Positions 17,119-25,097 of a DNA stretch of 37,536 nucleotides are shown piece after piece. The stretch spans positions 1 through 37,536 of the forward strand of contig CAZRIP010000006.1 in the NCBI GenBank assembly GCA_964600165.1, in the 5' to 3' direction. The position numbers and the translations under genes were made by a program. The notes beneath the pieces were generated by a model. That model had not been told where the DNA came from. It worked only from the letters and a program-made list of their open reading frames with translations, and ran no database searches. Position 1 is the first letter of the stretch. Each line of letters starts with the position of its first letter. Source of the DNA: an uncultured Elusimicrobia bacterium (GTDB lineage Bacteria > Elusimicrobiota > Elusimicrobia > UBA1565 > UBA9628).

Positions 17119-17715
17119 TTACAGTCTTCGGATCAGCGACAGGACCTTCCCGGAGATCTGTCCGGCGCCGAGCGGAAACGGCGGGTACTTGGGGTTGTCG
17201 GGCACGAGGATCGGGCCGCCGGGACGCAGGCGCAGGCGCTTGACCGTAGACTCGTCGCCGTCCAAGCGCGCCACGACGATCTCGTTGGTCGAGGCCACGG
17301 TCGTCCAGCGCACGACGACGGTGTCGCGGTCCATGAGCGTCGGCTCCATGCTGTCGCCCTTGATCTTGAGCGCGAAGAGCGAATCGACGTTCTCTCGGTC
17401 CGCCGAGACGGGAACGTGGCCCTCGGCGTCGGCGTAGCTGCCGACGGCCGGGCCCGCGGGCACGCGGCCGAGAAGCGGGATCATCGCGATGCGCTCCATC
17501 GACGGCAGAGCGAGCGTGCGCGGCTTTCCGTGCGCGGAGCCGAGGAGCCCCTTGGCGCGCAGGTTGTCGAGATGGTACTGGACCGTATCCGGAGACTTCA
17601 AGCCCGCCAGCCGGCAGAGCTCGCGCACGGTCGGCGCGTAGCCGTGCTCGGTCATGAACTCCTTGACGAGCTTGAGGATCGACTGCTGCTGCGGCGTCAG
17701 TTCCACTTGGGGCAT
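17119..17715 (-). CDS. lexA: SOS repressor LexA
   Basis: N-terminal wHTH, a GDSM (Ser) motif and a VKRL (Lys) dyad. RBS GGAGG upstream. Confidence 0.95.
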   Translation of the reverse strand: MPQVELTPQQQSILKLVKEFMTEHGYAPTVRELCRLAGLKSPDTVQYHLDNLRAKGLLGSAHGKPRTLALPSMERIAMIPLLGRVPAGPAVGSYADAEGHVPVSADRENVDSLFALKIKGDSMEPTLMDRDTVVVRWTTVASTNEIVVARLDGDESTVKRLRLRPGGPILVPDNPKYPPFPLGAGQISGKVLSLIRRL

Positions 17716-17743
17716 TGCGACGGCCTCCTCTCGGCGAGCGGCA

Positions 17744-17772
17744 CAGTATAGTCGAACTCTTGTTCGATGTCA
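17744..17772 (-). promoter_or_regulatory. lexA promoter with the LexA (SOS/Cheo-type) box TCGAAC-N4-GTTCGA filling the spacer between a perfect -35 TTGACA and a -10 TATACT
   Basis: Minus-strand reading gggtaTTGACA tcgaacaagagttcgac TATACT ...gagaggagg..ATG. Box at 17751..17766, -35 at 17767..17772, -10 at 17744..17749. Confidence 0.8.
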
Positions 17773-17832
17773 ATACCCCGAGGGTCCGCCGTAAAAACAG
17801 CTCAGGCGGCAGCAGGCGCAGCCGTTCGGGCG

Positions 17833-18804
17833 CTAGCCGATTTTCTCGCCGCAGCCCGAGCAGAACTTCGCGTCGGCCGCCAGCTCCTTGGCGCACTTGG
17901 CGCACTTGACCATGGCGGCGCCGCCCTTGTTGATGCTGCCCATGGCGTTGGCGAGCATATTGCCGATGCCGCCGCCGGCGCCCAGGCCCACGCCCAAGCC
18001 CACGCCCATGCCGGTGATGCCGCCCGCGCCTCCCTCGTTCGAGGCCGCCTTGTCGAGGACGTCGAAGGTGCGCATCTTGTCGTAGCCCGAGCCGAGGATG
18101 TCGAGCTGCGCCTTCTGCGCGAGAGCGGCCTTGAGCTTTTGGACCGACGGGTCCTCGTCGGGCACGTCGATCGAGGCCACGAAGAAGTTCACGAGCTCGA
18201 CGCCGAACTTACCGAAGTCCGGGGCGAGCTTGCCTTTGATGCCCTCGGAGATCTCATCGAGCTTGGCCGAGACCTCGAGCAACGTGATCTTGCCGTCTAC
18301 GATGGTGCGCGAGATGTAGTCCTTGATGCGCGACATCAGCGCGCCTTTGTAGAGCTCGGTGAGCGCTTCGACCGTGAACTCGCCGCGTTGGGCCGACAGC
18401 TGCGTGAAGACTTGGCGCGAGTCGGCGACGCGGACGGCGAACTGGCCGAACGCGCGCACCGGCAGCGCGACTTTATAGACGGGGTCCAACAGCGGGATCG
18501 GGTTGGTCGTGCCCCACTTCACGTCCATGTGCACGGCCTTATTGATGAAATACGCCTCGGCCGCGAAGGGCGTCTGGCCGCCGAACGGCGCTTTGATGAG
18601 GCCCTTCAAAAGCGGGATGTTCGCCGTCTTGAGCGTGTGCGTCCCCGGGCCGAGGACGTCGGCGATCTGGCCCCCCGAGAGGAAGATGACCTCTTGCGTC
18701 TGGTTGACGATCACCTGCGTGCCCCACGTCAGGTCGTCGCCCGGAACGCGCCAGATCAACACGTCAATGGGACCGTCGTATTTGAGAACCTCGATGATCG
18801 CCAT
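17833..18804 (-). CDS. SPFH/band-7 domain protein with C-terminal Gly-rich region and zinc ribbon (B. subtilis YdjI-like)
   Basis: Collinear similarity to YdjI (VLKYDGPIDVLIWRVPGDDL..., Gly-rich linker, CAKCAKEL...CSGCGEKIG). Confidence 0.8.
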   Translation of the reverse strand: MAIIEVLKYDGPIDVLIWRVPGDDLTWGTQVIVNQTQEVIFLSGGQIADVLGPGTHTLKTANIPLLKGLIKAPFGGQTPFAAEAYFINKAVHMDVKWGTTNPIPLLDPVYKVALPVRAFGQFAVRVADSRQVFTQLSAQRGEFTVEALTELYKGALMSRIKDYISRTIVDGKITLLEVSAKLDEISEGIKGKLAPDFGKFGVELVNFFVASIDVPDEDPSVQKLKAALAQKAQLDILGSGYDKMRTFDVLDKAASNEGGAGGITGMGVGLGVGLGAGGGIGNMLANAMGSINKGGAAMVKCAKCAKELAADAKFCSGCGEKIG

Positions 18805-18834
18805 GTTCGGTATTCCCCCTATGCCGTGACTCTC

Positions 18835-18863
18835 AATATAGCCCCGGTTCTATGCGTTGTCAA
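18835..18863 (-). promoter_or_regulatory. Promoter of the SPFH gene (-35 TTGACA, 17-nt spacer, -10 TATATT) embedded in the last codons of the upstream gene
   Basis: Minus strand gtTGACAacgcatagaaccggggcTATATTgagag...aggggga...ATG. Confidence 0.55.
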
Positions 18864-20793
18864 CCCTCGGCCGCACGCCGCGGGCCAGCGCCTCCTTGGC
18901 GCGCTGATAGGCGTCCTGGCGCTCGTGGTCGATCCAATGGCCGATCTGCTCGGGCGTCAGGCCGACTTTCTGGCCGAAAGTGTCGAGCGCGCGGCGCTCA
19001 CCCGCGGCGACGCGCCCGTCCGCCAGGCACATCTGCACGATCCCCCGCAGCACGGCCTCGGCCTCCTCGCGCGACTTGGGGGCGGGGCAGTCGAGCTGGC
19101 CGCGCCGCGCGGCCGCCACGAGCTCGTCCATGCGGTCGAGCGGCACGCCGCGGCGATTGGCCACTTCCTCTATAAGACGCCTTTCCTCGGGCGCGACGTC
19201 TCCATCCGCGACCATCGCCGACGCGAGAACCGCCACCGCGTCCGAAGGAGAAAGATTCGAGGACCACGACAAATCGAAGTCGCCCGCCTGCTTGACGCCG
19301 ACCTCGGGCCTCTTCCAGAGCCCGATCGGCACGACGGCGCGCACGACCCAGGACAGCTTGCCGTCGTTCAAGGCCGTTTGGCAGTAATCGCAGCTCTCTT
19401 GGTCGCGGCGCCAAGTCGCCGCGCCGCAGTTGGGGCAGCGCAAGGAGCGCAAGCCGGAGCGCGGGTCGGTCTTTGCTCCGATCTGCCGGCCCAGGACGAC
19501 GACATGCTGGCGCTCGGCTTGCCCGCGCTCGGCGTAGCTCGCGCCGTTCCAGTCGAACCAGACGCCTGACCATTTGACGAGGACGTGGGCATGCTGCCAC
19601 TTCTCGCCGTCGTCGGCGACGGCCAGGACCTGCGAGCCGCCGACGGCGACGCCGCGATAATAAGGAGCCTTTTGCGCGATCTGAAGCCCGAAGGTGTCGA
19701 GAAAATCCGGCGGCGCCATGCACTTGAGCGGCGCGACGTCGTGGTTCGAAAGCGCCTGCTGCCAGCGCCAGAACGCCACGGCGCCGCGCTCCTCGAGGAA
19801 CTGGACGTTGAGGTCCGGGTCGGCCTCGGTCGCGGAGACCAGGCCCGGCACCTCCAGCTCCGGATCGCGCGGCGTCCACTCGCAAGCTTGCGTGATCTCG
19901 CTCAAGACCCAGTCGAACTCGCCGGTGTTGACCCAGGACTTGCACTGGTCGCAGCGCGCGGCGTCGAGCAGCGGCAACGGCGCGCCGCAGTTCGGGCAGC
20001 AGCCTTCGATCAACCCCGGCCGGCCCAAGGTCTTCGCGCCGGGCCGGCGCAGGAACGTCCAGACTTCCTCGAACTCCGCCGGCGTCGAGGAGCCGCCCGA
20101 GACGCTCCCGTCCTTGTCGAAGTCCTGGTCGACCGCCGAGGCCCTCACGCGCACGTGCAGCGCGTCGAAATGCTGGTCGGACTCGACCTCGAGGATCTCG
20201 CTGTCGAGGATCCGAACCTGATCGACCTTGTTGCGCTTGCCGTCGGCCTGGTTCATCTCGAGCTGGATCGCGAAGCGCACCATCACGCCGTCGGAGACGA
20301 AGGAGCGCGCCGGAGTCATGTCGCCCGCGCTCCAGGCCTGCTGGATCTTCAAGAACGCTTTCTGGGCGCGGGAGAGAAACCCCGTCGCGTCGAAGAGCGG
20401 GTCGCGCGCCTTGAGCTGGCCCAGGTTCTTGGCCATGTCGTGGTGGTCTTGCATCTCGAGGCCGTCGGCGATCACGCCGCCCTTGTAGCGGTCGACGCCG
20501 ACGTTGCCGCCCTGGTAAAAAAGATAAAGGAGGAAGAGCGTCACCGGGATGCCGCCGACCGGATGGGCGACGACCATCTCGATGTAGAGGACGATCAATT
20601 GGCCGACGAAGAAGTCGCCGCCGGAGGAAGAATACGACGACCCGCCGTAAGAACTCCCTCCCGAGTAGCCGGAGTAGCCGCCCGAATGCGAGCCGCCCGA
20701 GTAGGATTGGCCGCCGCCGGCGCGCGCGTGGACCAGCAGCGGAAGCGCGGTTAAAGCGACGAGGATGGCGAGAACGCGAAGGGCCCGGCGCAT
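18850..20793 (-). CDS. Membrane protein with two Tim44-like domains, two Cys4 zinc ribbons and a C-terminal TerB-like domain; N-terminal Gly/Ser/Tyr-rich low-complexity segment
   Basis: Start is probably the ATG at 20793 (MRRALRVLAILVALTALPLLVHA). The track start at 20955 would overlap the upstream gene with Arg-rich junk. Motifs CPNCGAP..CDQC and CPNCGAAT..CDYC. The C-terminus reads as TerB-like (AVLASAMVADGDVAPEERRLIEEVA ... LRGIVQMCLADGRVAAGERRALDTFGQKVG). Confidence 0.65.
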   Translation of the reverse strand: MRRALRVLAILVALTALPLLVHARAGGGQSYSGGSHSGGYSGYSGGSSYGGSSYSSSGGDFFVGQLIVLYIEMVVAHPVGGIPVTLFLLYLFYQGGNVGVDRYKGGVIADGLEMQDHHDMAKNLGQLKARDPLFDATGFLSRAQKAFLKIQQAWSAGDMTPARSFVSDGVMVRFAIQLEMNQADGKRNKVDQVRILDSEILEVESDQHFDALHVRVRASAVDQDFDKDGSVSGGSSTPAEFEEVWTFLRRPGAKTLGRPGLIEGCCPNCGAPLPLLDAARCDQCKSWVNTGEFDWVLSEITQACEWTPRDPELEVPGLVSATEADPDLNVQFLEERGAVAFWRWQQALSNHDVAPLKCMAPPDFLDTFGLQIAQKAPYYRGVAVGGSQVLAVADDGEKWQHAHVLVKWSGVWFDWNGASYAERGQAERQHVVVLGRQIGAKTDPRSGLRSLRCPNCGAATWRRDQESCDYCQTALNDGKLSWVVRAVVPIGLWKRPEVGVKQAGDFDLSWSSNLSPSDAVAVLASAMVADGDVAPEERRLIEEVANRRGVPLDRMDELVAAARRGQLDCPAPKSREEAEAVLRGIVQMCLADGRVAAGERRALDTFGQKVGLTPEQIGHWIDHERQDAYQRAKEALARGVRPRVDNA

Positions 20794-20845
20794 CCCCGGG
20801 AGTTTAGCCCCCGCTTTCGCGCTTGTCAACGGCGGGAGAAATCGT

Positions 20846-21397
20846 CTACTGGCCCTCGCCCTGCGGACCGCCTTGGCCGTCGCCGCCTTGATCCGGAGTC
20901 TTGCTTCCGGCCGGAGCCTTGCCGTCGTCACCCGGCGCCGACATCTTCCCGCCATCCGCGCCCTTCTTGGCGCGGCGCGGCGCGATCTTGGCCAACTTCT
21001 GCCGGCAGGCCTCGGAAGCCTGGTCCTTGTGCTCTTTCATGCAGTCGCCGAGCATGCCGCCGCCGGCCTTCATGCCGGGACAGAGCTTGGCGGCGTCCGC
21101 CTCGCAAGGGTCGGTCATGGTATGCGCCTTAACCTTGCCGACCGCTATTTTCCCCATCTTGGAGCGGCACTCCGCGGAAACTTCCTTCTTGTGCTCGTTC
21201 ATGCAGGGGGCGAACTTGCCGTCGCCCGGATGCATGCCGGGGCAGAGCTTCTCGGCGTCCTGCTTGCAGGGGCCGGCGTCGGCCTGCGGCAAAGGCGTGG
21301 GGTGTTGATTCTCGCCGTCTCCTTCATTGGCCAGGCACGGGCCGGCGATAAAAACGCAAAAGGCGAGCGCGAGCGCGGCGAGCAGGGATTTCTTCAT
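20846..21397 (-). CDS. Secreted Cys-rich tandem-repeat protein with a Gly/Asp-rich tail
   Basis: Signal peptide MKKSLLAALALAFCVFIAGPCLA. Two ~38-aa repeats, each with 4 Cys: PCKQDAEKLCPGMHPGDGKFAPCMNEHKKEVSAECRSKM and PCEADAAKLCPGMKAGGGMLGDCMKEHKDQASEACRQKL. Confidence 0.7.
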   Translation of the reverse strand: MKKSLLAALALAFCVFIAGPCLANEGDGENQHPTPLPQADAGPCKQDAEKLCPGMHPGDGKFAPCMNEHKKEVSAECRSKMGKIAVGKVKAHTMTDPCEADAAKLCPGMKAGGGMLGDCMKEHKDQASEACRQKLAKIAPRRAKKGADGGKMSAPGDDGKAPAGSKTPDQGGDGQGGPQGEGQ

Positions 21398-21403
21398 TTC
21401 CGG

Positions 21404-21432
21404 ATTATAGCGGGAGGGCGGCCGGCGCGCAA
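21404..21432 (-). promoter_or_regulatory. Leaderless-type promoter of the Cys-rich gene (-35 TTGCGC, 17 nt, perfect -10 TATAAT, 6 nt, ATG)
   Basis: Minus strand TTGCGCgccggccgccctcccgcTATAATccggaaATG. Confidence 0.55.
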
Positions 21433-21442
21433 GACGTTTCGT

Positions 21443-22051
21443 TCACCGCGCGGCGATGAGCCAAACGCGGCCCGAGTGGACCGTCAGCGCCGGGCGCGCC
21501 GCGGCGACGTTCGACAACCCGCGGCTGCCGGCCGAGAGCGAGAACGACTTGAGCCGATATTTGACTCCCGCCAGCGTCACGCGCGCCTTCGGCGCGGCCA
21601 GGACGGAGAACGTCTCGCCCGCCCGCGCGAAGCGCGCGTATTTCCCGGGGCCCAGCAATCGCGCCGCGCCGCGGTCGAGAACGACGAGCTCGAGCGCGCC
21701 CGCGTATTTTTCGATCAGCGCCAGGTTGACGAGCGCGTGGTCGACGCGCCCGCCGAGCGCGGCGGCGACGAAGGCCGTGCGAAATCCCGCGTCGAGCGCG
21801 AAACGCAGCGCCTTTTCAAAATCGGACGTCGCTTCGTCGAAGTCGCACGAGTAAGCCCGCGCCGCCTTCTTCGGCAGCGGCCGCGGCAATGAGTCCATGT
21901 CGCCGATCACGACGTCGGCCGTGAGCCCCAGCGTGCGCGCGTGGCGCAGGCCGCCGTCGGAGCAGAGCACGGCGCGCACTCCGCGCGACGCCCTGCGCGC
22001 GAGCGCGGCGTCGCCGAGCTCGCCGTTGAGAAGGATCAGGCAGGCGCTCAT
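21443..22051 (-). CDS. Thiamine pyrophosphokinase
   Basis: Only the C-terminal 203 aa of the track ORF look coding (MSACLILLNGELGD...DSLP...); the rest is antisense junk. The ATG overlaps the stop of the CDF gene in an ATGA overlap. Confidence 0.65.
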   Translation of the reverse strand: MSACLILLNGELGDAALARRASRGVRAVLCSDGGLRHARTLGLTADVVIGDMDSLPRPLPKKAARAYSCDFDEATSDFEKALRFALDAGFRTAFVAAALGGRVDHALVNLALIEKYAGALELVVLDRGAARLLGPGKYARFARAGETFSVLAAPKARVTLAGVKYRLKSFSLSAGSRGLSNVAAARPALTVHSGRVWLIAAR

Positions 22052-22908
22052 CGCTCGATCTGCAGGGTCACGTGCGAGAGGCCGAATTTTTCCTTGAGGA
22101 GCTCCCGCCCCGCCTCGAGTATTTCGCCATGGTCGCGCCCGGGCTCGGCGACGAGATGGCCGCTCATCGACTCGCTGCCCTGCGTGAGGGACCATAGATG
22201 CAGATCGTGGACCTCCTTGACGCCGGGCAAGGCCGACAACGCGGCGCGGATCTCCTCGATATCGATATGGGCCGGAGCGCCTTCCAACAAGATGTGGACG
22301 GCGTCGCGCAGAATCCAGTAGGACGCGATCATGATCATCACGCAGATGAAGCCGCTCGCCACCGCGTCGGCTTGGTACCAGCGCGTCTTGAGGATCACGA
22401 GGGCGGCGGCGATCGCGCCCACCGAGCCGAGGCCGTCGGACACGACGTGGATGAAGGCGCCGCGGATGTTTATGTTCTCTCGGCTCGACGAGAAAAGGAT
22501 GCAGCCCGACGCCACGTTGCAGACGAGGCCGACGCAGGCGATCGCGAGCATCTGCCCGCCGGCGATGGGCGTCGGGAAGACCAGGCGGCCGTAAGCCTCG
22601 CGCAAGATGACGCCCGTCGCCACCCACAAGGCCACGCCGTTGCCGAGGGCCGCGAGGACCTCCACGCGCTTGTAGCCGAAGGTGCGCCGCGGGTCCGGAG
22701 GGCGGCGCGCCATCGAAGCGGCGAAAAGGGTCATCGACAGCGCGATCAAGTCGACCGCCATGTGCATGGCGTCGGCGATCAAGGCGAGGCTTCCGGTCCA
22801 CCAGCCCCCGATCAGCTCGACGACGAAGATGGTCGCCGTCAGCGCGAACGCGGCCGTGACGGCCTTGAGAGGCGCGGGCTCCGCCGGCGAGCGCTCGCAG
22901 ACGTTCAC
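22048..22908 (-). CDS. Cation diffusion facilitator family metal exporter (CzcD/ZitB-like)
   Basis: Six TM segments with HxxxD motifs (ADAMHMAVD, HVVSDGLG) and a C-terminal cytoplasmic domain. Proposed GTG start at 22908 overlaps the rlmB stop in a GTGA overlap; the start is uncertain. Confidence 0.8.
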   Translation of the reverse strand: MNVCERSPAEPAPLKAVTAAFALTATIFVVELIGGWWTGSLALIADAMHMAVDLIALSMTLFAASMARRPPDPRRTFGYKRVEVLAALGNGVALWVATGVILREAYGRLVFPTPIAGGQMLAIACVGLVCNVASGCILFSSSRENINIRGAFIHVVSDGLGSVGAIAAALVILKTRWYQADAVASGFICVMIMIASYWILRDAVHILLEGAPAHIDIEEIRAALSALPGVKEVHDLHLWSLTQGSESMSGHLVAEPGRDHGEILEAGRELLKEKFGLSHVTLQIER

Positions 22909-23660
22909 GATTTCGCGGCCTGACGCGCGATCTCGTAGAGCAGCATGCTCGCCGCGCAGGACGCGTTGAACGACTCGACGCCGGACTTCGACATCGGCAC
23001 GGACACGACCTCGTCGCAGAGCTCCTGCGTCAGGCGCCGCATCCCGTCGCCCTCGGAGCCGATGACGAGCACGAGCGGAAGGTTGAGCGACACGTCCCAG
23101 ACGGGCTTCCCCGCGCCGTCGGCGCCGTAGACCCAAAAACCCGCCTCTTTGGCTCTTTGCAGGGACTGCCCCAGGTTCACGACGCGAAAGACCCGGATCT
23201 TCTCGATCGCGCCCGCCGAGGCGGCCACGACGACGGGCGTGACGGGCGAGGCGCGGCGCTCCGTGATGAGGATCCCCTTCGCGCCGAGGTTCGCGGCCGA
23301 GCGCGCGATGGCGCCGAAATTGTGCGGATCTTGAATTTGGTCCAGGGCGACGAGAACCATGCCCTTCTTGTCTTCCTCGGAAAGCGTCTCGAGAAAGGCC
23401 GCGAAGCTCTCGCCGGCCTCGTAGAACACCTTCGCCGCGATGCCCTGGTGGCGCCCTCCCGACGCGGCTTTGTCGAGCTCTCGGCGACCGACGAAGTGGA
23501 CGTCGACGCCCGCCGCCTTGGCGGCCTTGACGATGGCGCCGACGGCGGGATTGCGCAGCTCGTGCTCGACCCAAAGCTGGCGCACGGACTGCGGGCGGGA
23601 CAGCAAGGTCTCCTGGACGGCGTGCGCGCCGAAGACCCAGCGGACCTCGCCTTGGCTCAC
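22905..23660 (-). CDS. rlmB: 23S rRNA (guanosine-2'-O)-methyltransferase RlmB (SpoU/TrmH family)
   Basis: SpoU methylase motifs (LVALDQIQDPHNFGAIARSA, LVIGSEGDGMR, VPM..SLNAS). GTG start with a GGAGG RBS inside the cysS 3' end. Confidence 0.85.
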   Translation of the reverse strand: MSQGEVRWVFGAHAVQETLLSRPQSVRQLWVEHELRNPAVGAIVKAAKAAGVDVHFVGRRELDKAASGGRHQGIAAKVFYEAGESFAAFLETLSEEDKKGMVLVALDQIQDPHNFGAIARSAANLGAKGILITERRASPVTPVVVAASAGAIEKIRVFRVVNLGQSLQRAKEAGFWVYGADGAGKPVWDVSLNLPLVLVIGSEGDGMRRLTQELCDEVVSVPMSKSGVESFNASCAASMLLYEIARQAAKS

Positions 23661-23661
23661 C

Positions 23662-25044
23662 TTACCTCCTCTTCCATTTCTGGCCGTCCTTGGTGTCCTC
23701 GACGAGCACGCCGCTCGCCTCGAGCTCCTTGCGCAGCTCGTCGGACGTCTTAAAATCCTTGGATTTTCGAGCGGCGACGCGACGTTCGAGTAGATCCTTT
23801 TCTAAAGGAGAGAGCTCCGCTTTCGGCTCGTCCTCGAAGAGCTTCAGGCCCAGGACCTTGTCGGCCTCCTCCAAGAGCGTCTTCTTGGCGCCCGGAGGCA
23901 CCTCGCTCTTGAGGCACTCCCAGACGGCAGCGAGCGCGGCGGGCGCGTTCAAGTCGTCCTCGACGGCGTCACGGAACGCGCGCAGATGATCGGCGCAGGC
24001 GGGCTTGCCTTCGACGGGCTTGAGCGCCAGCGCCTGCTCTTTCAAGCGCCGGCGTCCGGTCTTCGAGGCGTCGAGCGAGTCCCACGTGAAGTCCAGCTGT
24101 TTCCTATAGTGCGCCGTGAAGCAGTGATAGCGGTAGTCGAGCGGATCGTAGCCGCGGTCTTTGAGATGCTTGACCGTCACGAAGCCGCCGTCGGACTTCG
24201 CCATCTTGGCGTGGTTCATCAGCAAGAACTCGCCGTGCATCCAGACGCGCACGAAGGGCTTGTCGGTGGCGGCCTCCGATTGGGCGATTTCGTTCGTGTG
24301 ATGGATCGGGATGTGGTCGACGCCCCCGCAGTGGATATCGAACGTTTCCCCCAGATACTTCATGGCCATCGCCGAGCACTCGATGTGCCAGCCGGGGAAG
24401 CCCACGCCCCACGGCGACTCCCATTCCATCTGCCTCTTCTTGCCGGCGGGCGAGAATTTCCACAACGCGAAGTCGGTGGGATTCTTCTTCTCGGGATTGG
24501 CCTCGACGCGCGCCCCGGCCTTGAGGCCCTCGATGTTCTCGGCGCCCGCGAGACGGCCGTAAGCCGGGAACTTGGCGGTGTCGTAATAAAGGCCGTCCGA
24601 GGTCTTGTAGACGAAGCCTTTGCGCTCCAAGCGCTGCACGAGCTCGATCTGTTCCTTTATATTGTCGGTGGCGCGGCAGAGCTCGTCGGGCGGCAGGATG
24701 TTGAGATCGCCGATGTCATTAAGAAAGGCGTCGGTATAGAATTTGGCGATCTCCCACGCCGTCTTGCCCTCGCGCGCGGCGCCGACCTCCATCTTGTCCT
24801 CGCCCTCGTCCGCCTGGCTCGTCAGATGGCCGACGTCGGTGATGTTCATGACGTGGCGGACCTTGAAGCCGGCCGTGTCGAGCGTGCGTTTGAGCAGGTC
24901 CTCGAAGACGTAGGTGCGGTAGTTCCCGACGTGTTGGAAGTTATAGACCGTCGGGCCGCACGTGTAGAGGCCGACGATCGGCGGCGCGATGGGCCGCAAG
25001 TCTTCCTTGGCGCGGGTCAGGGTGTTGAACAATTTCACGGACAT
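23662..25044 (-). CDS. cysS: Cysteine--tRNA ligase
   Basis: HIGH-type motif (CGPTVYNFQHVGNYRT), KMAKS (KMSKS) and Zn-binding Cys and His residues. Confidence 0.95.
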   Translation of the reverse strand: MSVKLFNTLTRAKEDLRPIAPPIVGLYTCGPTVYNFQHVGNYRTYVFEDLLKRTLDTAGFKVRHVMNITDVGHLTSQADEGEDKMEVGAAREGKTAWEIAKFYTDAFLNDIGDLNILPPDELCRATDNIKEQIELVQRLERKGFVYKTSDGLYYDTAKFPAYGRLAGAENIEGLKAGARVEANPEKKNPTDFALWKFSPAGKKRQMEWESPWGVGFPGWHIECSAMAMKYLGETFDIHCGGVDHIPIHHTNEIAQSEAATDKPFVRVWMHGEFLLMNHAKMAKSDGGFVTVKHLKDRGYDPLDYRYHCFTAHYRKQLDFTWDSLDASKTGRRRLKEQALALKPVEGKPACADHLRAFRDAVEDDLNAPAALAAVWECLKSEVPPGAKKTLLEEADKVLGLKLFEDEPKAELSPLEKDLLERRVAARKSKDFKTSDELRKELEASGVLVEDTKDGQKWKRR

Positions 25045-25050
25045 GCGGGT

Positions 25051-25056
25051 ATTCTA
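25051..25056 (-). promoter_or_regulatory. -10 TAGAAT 6 nt upstream of the cysS ATG (leaderless-type)
   Basis: Minus strand aagcTAGAATacccgcATG. The -35 is weak. Confidence 0.35.
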
Positions 25057-25097
25057 GCTTGAATTCGAGCGGCTTGGCTGTTACCCTGGTGTAAGAC

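Noticed and set aside
17101-17130. Apparent inverted repeat between convergent DUF309 and lexA stops
   Set aside because: Only 6 bp (ctgatc/gatcag) pair cleanly, with a 15-nt loop; the inner bases do not complement. Not a convincing terminator.
20794-20955. N-terminal 54 codons of track ORF 18850..20955
   Set aside because: The Arg-rich segment would overlap the upstream Cys-rich gene by 110 nt. The internal ATG at 20793 encodes a clean signal peptide 52 nt after the upstream stop.
17767-21892. Long plus-strand ORFs 17767..19569 (600 aa), 19585..20754 (389 aa) and 20765..21892 (375 aa)
   Set aside because: Antisense to the SPFH, Tim44/TerB, Cys-rich and TPK genes, all of which have recognisable motifs; the translations are junk-like.
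22052-23574. N-terminal extensions of track ORFs 21443..22801 and 22048..23574
   Set aside because: These portions are antisense or out-of-frame overlaps of the CDF and rlmB genes with Arg-rich translations. The real starts coincide with 4-nt stop-start overlaps.
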